64,000 bases of DNA from Octopus bimaculoides (Eukaryota). Shown here in pieces: positions 12,246 through 25,489 of this stretch (positions within the stretch are counted from its first letter, which is position 1; every line of letters begins with the position of its first letter). The stretch lies in NCBI RefSeq assembly GCF_001194135.2, contig NC_068986.1:11342959-11406958 (forward strand), in the 5' to 3' direction. Under the pieces are notes generated by a model. That model had not been told where the DNA came from. It saw only the letters and a program-made list of their open reading frames with translations, and did not search any database. Made by a program: the position numbers and the translations under genes.

Positions 12246-12825
12246 ATCTAAGTATGATGAATTTGTGACATTGGGCTGTTTTATCGAATGACCATTGTGA
12301 TAACCGTTTCTTATTGAGGAAAATGAAACTAAGATGAGCTGAGTACAATGTTTTGGTTGCAAGTCATAAGCCTAAGAGCTATGGTTTCTCCACATTGCTC
12401 ATTCAGCTGCTTATACATAATGCTTCTATTTTCTTTGTTCCTACTTGTGTGTAATTCTTGCTGTTGGTGCACTTTTAACAGACATTATTCATTTACTGTT
12501 GAAGGATGGTGGCTTTTCAATAATATTTGGCATTCTTCTTCTCACATGAATGTTTCGTTGGTGGAGAGTATACTTTTGCTATAATGAGTAGTCATCCAAA
12601 ACTTCTTCCAAAATTGAAAACTGTACTATCACCACCACTACTGCCTTGCTATGTGTGGTGTATCATTACCAATATTGATAAGACACCTCATTGCCTGATT
12701 AATCTACTTCTTCATTGAATCAATCATTAATCATATGAAGTTGTTTTAGATTTAGTTTCACTGTTTTGTCACTTTGAAATAGTTATCCAGATTGCATTGA
12801 CTTTTTGCTATTTTCTTCCATTTAA

Positions 12826-13055
12826 CCCTCTAGCATTCAAATTATTCTGTCAAATGTAATACTTATTTCTTTCATATTGTTTTGAATTAATCCTGCATTC
12901 TTGTAGCTTCAAGATTTTGATGATGTGATTGTTTATTTTTAGAATGTCAATGTAGGTTAGGTGTGAGAGGTTAGATTTAGCCAGTTTGTACATAAAAGAG
13001 GTAGAATATATGGAATTTATTTAAACTGGATATGGCTGGTTTAAATGCTAAACGG
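12826..13055. mobile_element. piggyBac-type MITE (family 1)
   Basis: TTAA TSDs at 12822-12825 and 13056-13059; TIRs CCCTCTAGCATTCAAA / CCGTTTAGCATTTAAA (reverse complement). Confidence 0.8.
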
Positions 13056-13989
13056 TTAAACCAAGTTAGCTGTTGGGATGACTGAGGCACTAAACACTAA
13101 TTCTAGCCACGATAATTCTTCAAGGGTTTCCTTTTAAAGTTCCTAGTTGTAAATGCTGTGATGAGAACTATGGTATCTCTGACAAAATTATCATCATGTC
13201 CATTTTCCAGTCTGACATAGGTTGGATGGTTTGATGGGAAGTGGCAAATCACAGGGTTGTATTGAGCTCCTGTGTCAGCTTTTGCATGGTTTCTGCAACT
13301 GGATGCCCTTCCTAATAGTGATCCTTGCCTATGTTTATAGTTTCACAAAACTAGGAAGAGATAAAGATTGTTTGCCAACATTACATGAGCCCCATTGAGC
13401 TGAGTTGGGGTGCTAGATTCCCTTGTTTGAAAATATAAGGACACAGATCGTGTCGTATAGCCAGCTGGTGATGATGTCTCGTGGGGCTAAATTACAGCAA
13501 CATTCGTCCTAAACCAGGACTGCCATGTTATGTTAGCAAACAGTCTTTACTACAAAGTACTGTTGCTGAATATCTCACATTGTGAGATTTAGAAATAGTA
13601 ATTCTCTAATTTATAGGGAGAGGTGTTTGGGAATGGAACTTTTAAGTTTCACATAGTGAAACATGCTTACCTCTTTTTTTTTATTGCTAATTGTAACTTT
13701 GATTCAAACACCATTTGATTGATGGCATTTACAAACCATTCCTCTATCTCTACTGCTTAATCATTGCTATCATCATCATCCATTTGCATATTCATTCTGA
13801 ATACAACTGCTGAAGGATAGATATTTGTATGTGATAGTATCCTGTAGTATTTGGGCAACATGATACGAAAGAGAAAGTGAAAGTAGGGTGTCATGTTGAT
13901 AGAAGAGAGGTAAGTGATGAGTGAGAGAATAACAAAGAGAGAAGGAGCAATTAATGTAAATACAATAGTTGAGAGAAACTCGAGTGGAG

Positions 13990-14720
13990 ATATTATATAA
14001 CCCAGTCTCCTTCGTTTTACTTCTTCTCCTTTAGCATGTTGCCTTACCACATGTGTTTCTTTGTCATCTCCTTGTTAAGCTCAGCCTCTTGAAATTAATT
14101 TTCAGCACTTTGCTCCTTACCTTCCTTGATCTCTCTCTCTCTCTCCCATTCACAGGTTCCATCCACTTGGATTACTTGGCATTTTATACAACAAGACATA
14201 CCCATACCAATATAATCTTCTTTCTTGCATCCTTTCTTGTTGTACCTTGTCTTCTCATTTGTACTTCATTGTTCATGCACAATAACATCTAACAGTGTGT
14301 GCTTGCCTCGTTTCTTTTCCATCCATTGAAAATTCTCCATCCTCATGACATACATCTCATTGCAATATAGTATCACACTTGATATCTTAACTGTAGCAAT
14401 TATGCTTCCTGAACACCCACCTCTACTGCTAATTTACATCTCCTAGTTGACAAAAACTATTGCCTACTCTTAAGGAGCTTTGTTTGAACTGTGTACACTC
14501 TTACTGCCAACAACTCTTGTGCATCTGCTACATATGAAGTCACCCCTCTCTCTACCTGTAACATCACTACACTCCTAATGTATTCATAGTTTACAAATGT
14601 TACTACATGGGATTCCTAGGCCACTCTCCTGATAATGGTAAAGTCCTGTCTTCTTCACTACTGACGAAAAGTTTAGTCTTCACCAGGTTTTCATTTCAAG
14701 TCCCTTGATTCTAAGTTTTT
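13990..14720 (-). mobile_element. Decayed RTE LINE (RT C-terminal half)
   Basis: Minus-strand remnants include ..VGNSFCQLGD.. and ..MQERRLYWYGYV.., matching RTE VDSFCYLGD and QERRLRWYGHV; many stops. Confidence 0.65.
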
Positions 14721-15920
14721 ATTTGAAGTTTGGAATTTTTTCTTTAAATCTTTGACTGATTCAGGTCATTGGCATATAGGGTTTCCCATGGACAGCCAGT
14801 CTTAAACTCCTATGTGGGGGCCTGGAACACTATAATAATATACAGAAGGGGACTTAAAACAGCTCTAATGTCCATCAAATTCTAATACTAATTTTCCTAC
14901 TGATGTCCTCCTTAACTCTCATCTTACTGATGGCACCTGTATGGCTCTCACATACCATTTGTCTGGTTTTAGCATTTTAAGTGACCACCAGACCACAAAG
15001 CATGGAACTTTCTCCAAGCTCAACACTATTTGTTTAAAACTACTACAATTTTTTTTCTTTTTCTGCCATGATACATCTACCTGGGGATAAAATAATTGTA
15101 ATTTGTATCTATTTAAAGTTAAATTTTATTCAGAATTATAATTTCATTTCTAAATATTGATAAATTCTTTTTGATTTTTTAGTTTGAATATTTGTTTACT
15201 TTCTTTGTTTTCAATCATTATCCAATCATCAAAAGTAACGGAAATAATGCATAATGAATTGGGTAGTTCAAAGACAAGTGTAGTGAAAACTCACTTATTT
15301 GAAAAACAGGTATGGGTTAGTGGCAGGAAGGACACCAGACTGTAAAACACTGCCTCAGTCATATGAAGTCAGGGAAGACCAGACATAAATATATATTCGG
15401 TATATACTATTGAGACAGTATTAAATTTGAATAGCCATCTGAGGTACTTAATGCATACACACTGTCAATAGGCCAGTCGCTGCAGTATTTGTTCCTGAGA
15501 TAACATCTGCAAGTACATGCCATTGAAAAGGCTAAAAATAAAAAGCAAAAAAATCTGAAATGTATCAGGTGTTCTTGCTGGCTGCTGGGACAAACTTTTC
15601 TTTCCCCCTCATATTTGTGCTTTTAACAGCATGTCCATAAGAGATGTTATGTTAGTACTGAACCCGTAGTAACAAGCCTATTGATTATGTATACATATCA
15701 TTCATTTTCTCAAGTGTAAGGAAGTACTATTTGTTGGCAAAATAGTTTTGCACATGGTCTCCTGGTAGTAAGGCATTTTGTTAATTTTTCTTAATTACTA
15801 CTCTGATTATTTACCCAAGGCATGTTCTTTATTTTTTAGATCAAAGAGATATTATTGCAATACAAATGCTGTGTGTGTAAACAATGTAAATGAAATCTAA
15901 TATAGCTGACTATCTTTGAA

Positions 15921-16592
15921 TCATCATCATCATCGTTTAATGTCCGCTTTCCATGCTGGCATGGGTTGGACGATTTGACTGAGGACTGGTGAACCAGGTG
16001 GCTGCACCAGGCTCCAATCTGATCTGGCAGAGTTTCTACAGCTGGATGCCCTTCCTAATGCCAACCACTCTGAGAGTGTAGTGGGTGCTTTTATGTGCCA
16101 CCGGCACGAGGGCCAGTCAGGCTGTACTGGCAACAACCATGCTCAAATGGTGTTTTTTATGTGCCACCTGCACAGGAGCCAGTCCAGCGGCACTGGCAAC
16201 GACCTTGCTCAAATATTTTTTCATGTGCCACCGGCACAAGTGCCAGTAAGGTGACGCTTGTAACGATCATGCTTGAATGGTGCTTTTTATGTGCCACTGG
16301 TACGGAAGCCAGTCAGCTGCTCTGGCAACAATCACGCTTGGATGGTGCTCTTAGTGCTCCACTAGCACGGATGCCAGTCATCGAATTGATTTCAATTTTG
16401 ATTTCACTTGCCTCAACAGGTCTTTGCAAGCAGAGTTTAGTGGCCAATGAAGGAAAGGTACGCATAGGTGGGTTGGTTACACCCCTGGCATAAGCCACGG
16501 GTTATGGTCTCACTTGGCTTGCGGGGTCTTTTCAAGCACAGAATATTTCCAAAGGTCTCGGTCACTAGTCATTGCCTTGGTGAGGCCTAATG
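15921..16592 (-). mobile_element. 5'-truncated RTE LINE 3' end (ORF end, 3' UTR and (GAT)n tail)
   Basis: Minus strand encodes LGLTKAMTSDRDLWKYSVLEKTPQAK*, homologous to the 36795-37013 ORF end; the 3' UTR ends in module C. Confidence 0.9.
16084..16405. repeat. Five ~65-bp tandem units inside the RTE 3' UTR
   Basis: Units start at 16084, 16149, 16214, 16279 and 16344 (GGTGCTTTTATGTGCCACCGGCAC..GCCAGT..ACTGGCAAC). Confidence 0.9.
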
Positions 16593-16696
16593 TGACTTTG
16601 TAGGTTAGGTGAGATAGGTCAGATCTGGTTGGTTTGAATATAAAACAAGTAGAATATCTGGGTTGGTTATGACCAGTTTAAATGCTAAAGGGTTAA
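16593..16696. mobile_element. Right half of piggyBac MITE family 1
   Basis: Homologous to 12950-13059; ends AATGCTAAAGGG|TTAA. Confidence 0.6.
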
Positions 16697-17319
16697 AGTT
16701 AATTAGAAATTAATCCTGTTTTCATAATTACATTTCATTTGCATATGTACTAGACTAATTTTTGTTGATTGTTATTAACCTTGTATATATATTTTAAATA
16801 CTTCATTGACAAAATAGAAAGATACTTGCGGTCGGACAGGGGCTTCCATCAGTAAGCTGTGTCTGATTGTCTTATCACTCCTTGAATTTGAGTCTTTACA
16901 TCCCTTTTTTTTTAAAAATTTATTTTTTTAAGGAAATGATTTGTAGACAAATGGCTTACTTGCGGACCATCTCAAGTGCTCATTTACTGATTGACTATTA
17001 CTGTTTCAGATCTTGAGTTGACTGGATTTTATGTATTGCTGACTACTTACTAATGATTGATTGTCAGATCTGAAATATTTCTTAGGATTTAGAATTGTTC
17101 AATTGATAATGTTGTCGACTGCATTAAGTGGGCTTTTAAGAGCTGTTGTCGTTGCTGTCCATTACTCTTGAAGCTGTATAAAGTGTTTAGAGTTGATGTG
17201 TATGTTTGGCCTTATAGATTTGCTTTGTCTTTTTTATAGAATTTCTCATTATTGTTATAATGATAATTATTAATAATACTGCTGCTATTAATAATAACAT
17301 TATTGTTAATAATACTAGT

Positions 17320-17625
17320 ATGAAGGAAGTGGGTAGGTAATAGTTGCAAGAGTGTGGGAGAAGAGTAAAAAAATGATTAGAAACAGAGAGAGGATGAATG
17401 CAAGTGGATGGTGAAAAGGGTAGAGAACTGGTCAGTGGTAGATATGAGTTTGGGGTGGTGAGGTGACAAGACTCGGGGATGGATGTCAATAGAAGTGGCC
17501 CAGAAGTGGTGACTGGCAGTACAGAAAGGCATTACGAATGGCAACCAACTGTAGAAACCATGCCAAAGCAGGCAAATGGAACATGACACATGAGGTTCTA
17601 TCAGACCCATATTACCATACAAGAC
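17320..17625 (+). mobile_element. Probable decayed RTE 3' end with module C
   Basis: Purine-rich tract resembling the RTE ORF end, then CTGTAGAAACCATGCCAAAGC. Confidence 0.45.
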
Positions 17626-18226
17626 AGTGATGGTTTGTGTATATCCCCATAACTTAGTCTCTTTTGACAAACCACTAATAGAATAAGCACCTGGCTTTAA
17701 AAAAAAAAAGGTACCGGGTTCGATTTGTTTGACTAAAACCCTTTCAAGACAGTGCCCCAGCATGGCCATAGTCCAATGTCTGAAATAAGATAAAAGATAA
17801 ATATAGGTTTAATAAGGAAGTAATAATACGAGAGAAGTATTTTGTTAGAACTTGACTCAAGATAATTAGTGGGTNNNNNNNNNNNNNNNNNNNNNNNNNN
17901 NNNNNNNNNNNNAATGTATTAAGATGTTTATTGTTGTTTGGGGATTTTTGTTTGTTTTGTTATATTTTAATACCATGAATTTCGAGTGAGAACTGCTGAA
18001 TCTAATGTAATAAGATCAAGTCTGTTTCTGTATGTGTAATATGTAGATTTGAGATAATTTCTTTCATAAAAATGGAATCTGATTTATTTTTATAGAGAAA
18101 GTGTAAATTTAATTGAATTTATCTGAGAAGAAATTTTAGGAAATTTTTAACCCCCCACCCCCACCCCAAGAAAATTGTTCTAAAAATGTGATTAAAGTAG
18201 CTGTCATATTTTAGTTTACTGTAGAT

Positions 18227-18485
18227 CAATGGTTCTCAACTGGGGTCCATGTAGCCCTTAGGGGTGCTTGTAAGATTTTGTTAAAGTTTATGGCGCAGTA
18301 AATTGGTTGCACATCTACAATACATGAAATATTTTAACAATTTTATTTTTATAAAATTCCTGATAATATTTAATTATAAAAATACAGTAAGATTGTTTTT
18401 ATATCCATTGAATGGCTATGGGGGCCCAGTAGAATAAAATAGGAATCCAAGGGGTCCACAGGCAAAAAATGACTGAGAACCATTG
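18227..18485. mobile_element. hAT (Charlie/Buster-like) MITE
   Basis: Perfect 12-bp TIR CAATGGTTCTCA; 8-bp TSD CTGTAGAT/TTGTAGAG. Confidence 0.85.
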
Positions 18486-19479
18486 TTGTAGAGGGACCCC
18501 ATCCCTTGCATGTTAGGGAAACTCTGGTTATGCTGATAAGAGAAGTGGATTTTTTTTACCCCTCCCAAAAAATCAAATGCAAGGTAATGTATAACCTGGA
18601 AATCAATCAGAAAATAGGGTTTCAGTAATTTGGAATTTGACTCCTTATGGCAAAGCTTTTCAGAAATGTAATGTACTTGTTCATTCTTTATGTGTTCCAG
18701 TAGACGTTAATATGAATGACTATGTAAATTGCTATTGTTTTTCATTTTCTGAGAACAGCTTCTGCCTTTAGATAATGTGTGTTCATGATACACTTAATGT
18801 GTTGATAAAATTCATCATCGGCTCAGCATGCACCAGCACACAACAGCAAATAGTTTATCTGCTGAATCTTATAAACAAAAGCCATCACCCTTGTTTAGTT
18901 TCATTCAGGGGTAGCTTTCACTGAGGAGACACAACCAAGTTGAAACAGCCTGGTGTCTCAAAGTCCTCTTATGTCAGTGAATTGTGTTATAACTGCACAT
19001 CATTTAGAGGGAGAAGTTGCTCTCTGAAGATGAAAGCACTATACAGCTATCAACACATTCACTTTTGATTCTGCTAGAATGCTTTAACAATGAATACATT
19101 ACATACAAACATATATAGACATCATTGTTTTGAAACTTGTTGCTCTCTGTACATATAGTAATTTATTTTTACGAATGCAATCCTTGTGTAATGCAGAGGA
19201 TTTCTGAACACCAGTATATTGCAAGTGAAGATTTATATGTCCTTTGTGGTCATATTCTTGCAATATATTTCTCCACTAGATTAATTTCAAAAGAAAAACT
19301 GCACTACTTAGCTTAATGATTAAGCTACTTAATTATTGATTAAACCATAACTTACTTCTGGGCTAGAATTGTTTCCAATATTTTCCATTCACAACTCAAA
19401 TAAATATGGGGGTAGAGATGATTCTCAGCATGTTAACATGGGAAAAATAAAGTAATATAAATCATGATTATTCTTCTTT

Positions 19480-19690
19480 TAATGGTCACCTTTTCCATGC
19501 TCCCATGGGTCAGACAGAATTTGTTGAGGTAAATTTTCAATGATTGGATGCCCTTCCTGTTGCTAACCCTCACCTGTTTTCAAGAAGGTAATGTTTCCCT
19601 GCAGTTGGACATGTTTTTCACAGAAGACTGGAAACACACCGCACCATTTGTATGGTGGTGATACTCATTTACAACCATAATGTCTAGTCA
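19480..19690 (-). mobile_element. SINE module E
   Basis: TTTTCCATGC..GGATGCCCTTCCTGTTGC..CATTTACAACC. Confidence 0.7.
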
Positions 19691-20144
19691 GATGTACACT
19701 CATATTTGCAGGTTTACTCAACTAAATTGTGTCGATGTTTCTCGCTTCTCAAGATAAAGCTGTCATGCAATCTCATACCTATAAATTTGTGGATATTAAT
19801 AAATTAAATAAACTCGTTATTTAAAATTGAAAAATGAAATTATTTGTATATAAACTTGATCACAATATACATACATTAAAACTGAAAAGTTGATTTAGAA
19901 TTAACTTTTATATAAAAACCTGATTTATATACAGAAGGTTGATATTGTTTTAAGAGTAGGATTTCTTCACCTTTGAGATTTATGGCTAAATTTGAAAACT
20001 GAATTAAATGTTTATTTCATAGTAATTTATTTCTTTTTATATTTTCTTCAATTTCATCATTATCGTTTTAATAATCAATAGTCCATATTAGCAGTGACTA
20101 ATTAGATTTGTGTGAATATTACCAGCCTACTAATTGAGAGATGT

Positions 20145-20300
20145 TTAACCCTTTAGCATTGAAACTGGCCAAATCCAGCCCAAATATTCTACCTGTTTTC
20201 AAACCAGCTATATTTGGCCTATTATACTTACCCTGCAATATCATTGTGAAAGAAACAAGCACATCAAAATCTCACAGTTACAAGATAATGCATAATTAAT
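20145..20300. mobile_element. piggyBac MITE family 1, opposite orientation, truncated
   Basis: TTAA|CCCTTTAGCATTGAAA; reverse-complement homology to 12826-13055. Confidence 0.65.
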
Positions 20301-20344
20301 TTCTGGTTGCCATTGTCATTTTCCCATATTTTCAGAGGTTGTCA

Positions 20345-20830
20345 TCATCTAGATGTGTGTGGCATAGTGGTTAGGGAGTTTGGGTCATGATCATAATGTC
20401 ATGGCTTCAATTCCTGAACCTGGCAGTGCATTGTGTTCTTGAGCAAGGCAATTTGTTTAACAATTTTCCAGTCCACTCAGCTGTAAATGAGTACCAATAA
20501 AGGCACATGGCTTAGTGGTTAGGGTATTTGGCTCCCAATTCTAAGGTTGCGAGTGTGATTTCCAGTGTGTTGTGTCCTTGAGCAAGACACGTTATTTCAC
20601 GTTGATCCAGTCCACTCAGCTGGCAAAAATGAGTTGTACCTGTAATTCCAAAGGGGCCAGCCTTGTCACATTCCGTGTCATGCTGAGCACTACATTAAGG
20701 CTATGTGTGTCTGTGTAGTGCTTAGCCACTTGCACATTAGTTTCATGAGCAGGCTGTTTTCTTAATTCGATCCACTGGAGAACCTCTTTGTCATAACTGA
20801 TGGAGTGCTTAGTAAATGAGCAAGTGCTGG
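20345..20830 (+). mobile_element. Two tandem tRNA/CORE SINE heads, the second carrying the D-type tail
   Basis: TAGTGGTTAGGG A-boxes, GTGTCCTTGAGCAAG CORE-like boxes; 3' part homologous to 28820-28990. Confidence 0.7.
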
Positions 20831-20874
20831 TGCAACCACCCCACTTCATCTGTCACCCTGAATGTATCACTAAA

Positions 20875-21096
20875 TTAAGCCTTCTCTTACCATATTTCTG
20901 TTGAGATGCTCTGTGTTTCTTTCAATTCATTTTAAATATAACAAAGAACTTAGTAAAATAACTTAGTTATCATTAAGCTGGTGTTAGGAACATGAATTGT
21001 GACTAAGGTTTGGTGGAACACTTTGAGAACTTTTGAAAACAAAACATTTGTACTACAGAGCCAGAAGCGGTTTCAACTGGGTTGATATCAAAAGGG
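20875..21096. mobile_element. piggyBac-type MITE (family 2), decayed
   Basis: TTAA(G)CCTTCTCTTACC at the left end and GATATCAAAAGGGT at the right end form imperfect TIRs. Confidence 0.55.
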
Positions 21097-22574
21097 TGAG
21101 AGAGTTGGGTGGGTGGCTATGTTACCTGTGACTAAACAACACTTAAAACAATTAGTGGAAGCTTGGTATATGTTACTTAACCATACTTGTTCATGGGTGA
21201 CAACTGACTCTTAAAGACAAATTATTTTTCATGTTGTTCGAACATTTAGATGTGATTTTTTTTCCTTGTGGGCTAGAATAAATTAAAAAACAAAACAAAA
21301 AAAAAACTAAGATAGATGACTAGGATGTCTTATGGCTGTACAGAGTTGCAGTTGACTCCTGAGATCATTCAAAATTTGTAGAGATGTTGATGAAATCTTA
21401 ATTGAGTTTTAACGATGATTAATTTCTCTGTAGGGAGTGATTAAGGTTTGATTGATATTCTTTGTCAAGCTAGAGCTGATTGTGTTTGGAAAGATGTTCA
21501 AGATCTAAATTTTCTGTCATGGTGAAAGAGGTAAAAGCATAATTCATGGGTTGAAGATGAAAGACTCTCTAACGGACAATTTGTGATAATGATGAGTATT
21601 GCTATCATCATCATTTGATATCCCTTTTTCCATGCTGGTATGGGTGGGATGGTTTGATGTAAACAGCTAAGCCAGAGGACTGTGCCAAGTTCTAATATCT
21701 GCTTTGGCATAGTTTCTACAGCTGGGTGCCCTTCTGTTATGATGTGTTATCTACAGTTAAAATGTGTGACCACTGTTGTGACTGTAGCTGTTGTATTTAT
21801 TCTAGTAGCCATGATATTTTCTTGGTATCAGATACAGTGTATCTCTTCTCTACTGGAATGGTAATATACTGCTTTGTCTATTATGCTATTGTTCACAGCT
21901 CTGCAAGACATGGAATTTGAACCGTCTACCTTGACTGTGGCTTGAACTCGACTATAACACGTAACTGACACTTAACTCCAACTGAGAACTCGTATGACTC
22001 TACAACCGACTGACACATGACTCCCTGTACTGGTTGCTGTCATCTCACTTTATAGTGGCTGGATCATACCACTTGTCCCATGGGAGGGGTGTACCATTTC
22101 CACTACAACACTTTCCTAATACCAACCACTTGATATAGTGTAGTGGGTGCTTTTTCTGTGGCACCAGCACTGATGGTGTCACTAAATACCCGTAGGACAA
22201 CACCTCTCAACTGCTATATTGGCCAAATATTAGTCTTGATGCCAAGTTTCATATGGGTGTTAGAGGGACGTTTGTGAATCCAAGAATGTCATGGTTTATT
22301 TAATATTTCTCAAGTTATGTTTTTCCCAATTTGCATTGCTGAATAGAAAATTAAATGTGATTGATATATTACTTAATTATCTCACTTCTTTTTTTAATAA
22401 AAATTACTCTGTAGTATTGTATCAGAAGATTGTCTGATCATGGGTGGTTGGTTGTCAGCATTTGGTAAACAACACATTTCTGTAGAATCCTGACAGATAT
22501 TGGTTTTCTCTTTTACTCTGCTGTGTGTGTTCAGTTTCCTTATATTTCTCATTGAACAGTTGAGTTCTGAGAGC

Positions 22575-22990
22575 ATGTCATACCAATGTCAGTCTGTCCA
22601 AACATAGCTATCTTCTCAAATTCCACAAACAGGCGAGCAAGTGGGAACTGTCTGTGCCTGGGATGAACACAAAAGGGAGACTCGTGAGACAAAGGTTTCC
22701 AAATACCAGGAGCTGGTAGAGCAATGCAGAAACCAGGGCTGGCAGCAATTGAAATGGGATGCTATGGTTTTGTGGTGTTTTTACTCTGTAATACTCTGAC
22801 TGTGCTTGAAGTTAATGGTACAGTAAAGAGGAGGGTCATGAATTCTATCACTGAAGCTGCAGAGAAGGCTACTAGGTGGCTTTGGATACTTGATCAACTC
22901 TGGCTGAGTCTATTGGGCTAGATAGGGTCTGCTGATGAAAGACCAAAACTTCACTGATGATGCTATCCCCGAACATGTGAGATGTCTCTT
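22575..22990 (+). mobile_element. 3' fragment of an RLE-type non-LTR retrotransposon (HERO/NeSL-like)
   Basis: Frameshifted PNIAIFSNS..WELSVP..KVSKYQELVEQCRNQGW..IEMGCYGFV..SITEAAEKATRWLWI, matching the PD..E restriction-like endonuclease C-terminus. Confidence 0.75.
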
Positions 22991-23444
22991 GGGTTTTGTC
23001 TTCCAAAGAGCAAGAGAATTCATGAGGCTTCACTGTTTATTATTTGTGAGGTTGTTGTTTGTCAAGTATTTTCTTACTCTGATATCAATTCTTTTTTTGT
23101 TTAGTCATAATTTTCAATATCACAATGAGAAAGACTGATTCTTATGAGATAAACAACTCTAAAATTGGATATAGGAACAAAAAAAAAAAACTGAAAGAAG
23201 AAAAAAAAAAAAAAGAGTTAAAAATATTACAATATTGAATACAAAATAAAGTTCTGCCAATAATACAGTAGAGCAGTAAAGGAAAGCTGAACTATGCAAA
23301 AGGACTGGCTTCTTTGCATACAAAATAGGGCCATTATTTAGAGAAAGTGGATCATTTCTTGGAGACCCTCACCAACTGAGTAAAAAACTCATCATATGAC
23401 CCATTAATATTTTCAACTGGAACCCTTAGAGTGAGTGAGCACTG

Positions 23445-23580
23445 TAGGTGTGGCTGTGTGGGTAAGAAGCTTGATTCCCAACCATGTGGTCTTGGGTTCA
23501 GTCCTGTTGTGCAACACCTTAGACAAGTGTCTTCTACTATAGCCCTAGGCTAACCAAAGCCTTGTGATGAGTGAATTTGT
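23445..23580 (+). mobile_element. SINE module A
   Basis: GGCTGTGTGGGTAAGAAG..GGGTTCAGTCC..CACCTTAGACAAGTGTCTTCTAC. Confidence 0.8.
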
Positions 23581-24039
23581 ATGATATCTGATACACCTGC
23601 TTATGTCTATGTTCTTCAAATACATTCCATTTCCTTTACCTTATTTTTGTTCAAATTGAGTCATTTATGCAACTTTAAATGTGAGGAGGAAAATAATATA
23701 CCATTATTGCCAAGTTACATTGAGAAATTTCATAGCAATTATTGTAAATAACTTTTGTAAGTTTACTTGGCAGAATTGGCTTCACCTTTTTATTAGTCAA
23801 TAAAACAGCTGGCAGGGAGCTTTCAATAATTAGACTTATATGTTCTTATGTATCCTGTCAGGTGTTTGATTCATTATATCCTTGTCATGGTCCAATTCAA
23901 TGAAATGACACCTGTGTGGTTACAGGTTGAATGCTTGTTTCATTTGTCATCGTACACAGACTAAATTATTATTATCATTCATTATTCATTTTTATTCAAC
24001 ATTTGGTAGTTTAAGGCAAATTTCTGCTGCATCACCTGC

Positions 24040-24250
24040 TACATTCCATGTTACTTGGGTGTGTGCAACATTGTGGTATTTCATCCATTTTCATGCTCTG
24101 AGTTCAAATTCTGCTGAGGTTGATATTGCCTTTTATCCCTTCAGGGTCGATAAAATAAGTACCAGTTGAAAACTGGGCGTTGATGTAATCGACTTATCTC
24201 CTCCCTCAAAATTACTGGCCTTGTGCCAAAATTTTAAATCCTTATTATGA
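24040..24250 (+). mobile_element. OK-like tRNA SINE
   Basis: GAGTTCAAATTC B-box; TTTATCCCTTCAGGGTCGATAAAATAAGTACCAG central box; CCTTGTGCCAAAATTT tail. Confidence 0.8.
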
Positions 24251-24519
24251 AAATATTTGTGTGTGTATGCGTGCTTGCCTTCATTAGTTTGTTTTTATGT
24301 CTATTTTGCCATGCCAGCATTGGTTAGACAAGTATATTATTGAGGCCTTGTTTTAACAGCTCTATGACCTTCCTACTACTAACCCTTACCTGTTTTTCAA
24401 GTAAAAGACTTATTTACACATCATTGAAGGTATTGAGCCAGTGGATGATTTGTCGACAGAAGTGATGACTACTGAGTCATCACAAGCAACATTCAGAAAC
24501 TATCTAAACACACACACAC

Positions 24520-24660
24520 ACAGGGCTTATTTCAGTTTCTCTCACAGGGCTTCAGTTGGCCTGGGGTTATAATAGAAGACACTTTCTCCAAGGTTCCACA
24601 CAGTGGAACTGAACCCAGAATCATATGGCTGGGAAGCAAACTTCTCAACTATACTATCAT
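24520..24660 (-). mobile_element. SINE module A
   Basis: Reverse-complement homology to module A. Confidence 0.7.
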
Positions 24661-24869
24661 GATTGTTCTTTGTGTATACAAATTTAATATTCGGTTATAA
24701 GTCCTGTAGAGTTCCCTGCCACTTTCTGAGAAGCAATATAGATTTGTATTGGAGACAAAGTAGCGGAGTTCCTTTTCGAATGTTGGGTCCCACAATGGCA
24801 ATGACCAAGACCTTTGGCATTATGTTGTGCTTGAGAAGAAGACCCATTAAGTCAAGCAAAATTGCAGTC

Positions 24870-25122
24870 ATGGCAGATACCAGTGTCACGCAAATTGGCA
24901 TTTAAATGCACCCCAGTGTCACGCAAATGGTACCAGTGCCAGTGGCATGCAAAAGCACCCATTACACTCTTAGGGTGGTTGGTGTTAGGAAGGGCATCCA
25001 GCTGTAGAAAACTATTCCAAATCAGACTGGAGTTTGGTGCAGCCTTCCAGTGTGCCAGCCTGGTCAAACTGTCCAACCCATGCCGGCATGGACAACGAAT
25101 GTTAAATGATGATGATGATGAT
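24870..25122 (+). mobile_element. SINE/RTE 3' tail (module C), well preserved
   Basis: GGTGTTAGGAAGGGCATCCAGCTGTAGAAA..CCCATGCCGGCATGGAC..GTTAAA(TGA)n. Confidence 0.85.
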
Positions 25123-25489
25123 ATGTGTATCTTTTTAAAATACAGATTCTTTTTTTAATAGAACTCTTTGAAAGACCTTTTATTTGTTATCATTATTTCC
25201 TGTCATTTATATTTAATATTAATTCTGCTGAGATTTTTTTTGTGATTAGTTAATTTGGATTATTCAGCAAATGTGTATTTCATCTCTTCTCTTCTTCTCC
25301 ACTCCTCTTCTAGAATATAAGTAGCAATATGGCTCCTCTACAGCAAGAAACCTGTTCTGCTCTGGCTCCTTGTCATACTTTTAACCTCTCATCTCTTAGC
25401 ATAAAGTTGCCTCTCTTGAGATTTGTAGTCCTGCAAGCCTCATTAGTACTAGTGGCACTCAAAATAATAATAATAATAATAAAAAAAAG

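Noticed and set aside
12425-12550. ZIP-transporter-like peptide LAVGALLTDIIHLL
   Set aside because: Short frame bounded by stops, no matching splice sites; probably chance.
15183-15309. AG...GT-bounded 127-bp open frame
   Set aside because: The donor lies inside a SINE E-module fragment and the 5' half is T-rich low complexity.
22933-22960. CTGATGA motifs suggesting a hammerhead (also CTGAAGA on the minus strand near 47245)
   Set aside because: No stem II followed by GAAA at either site.
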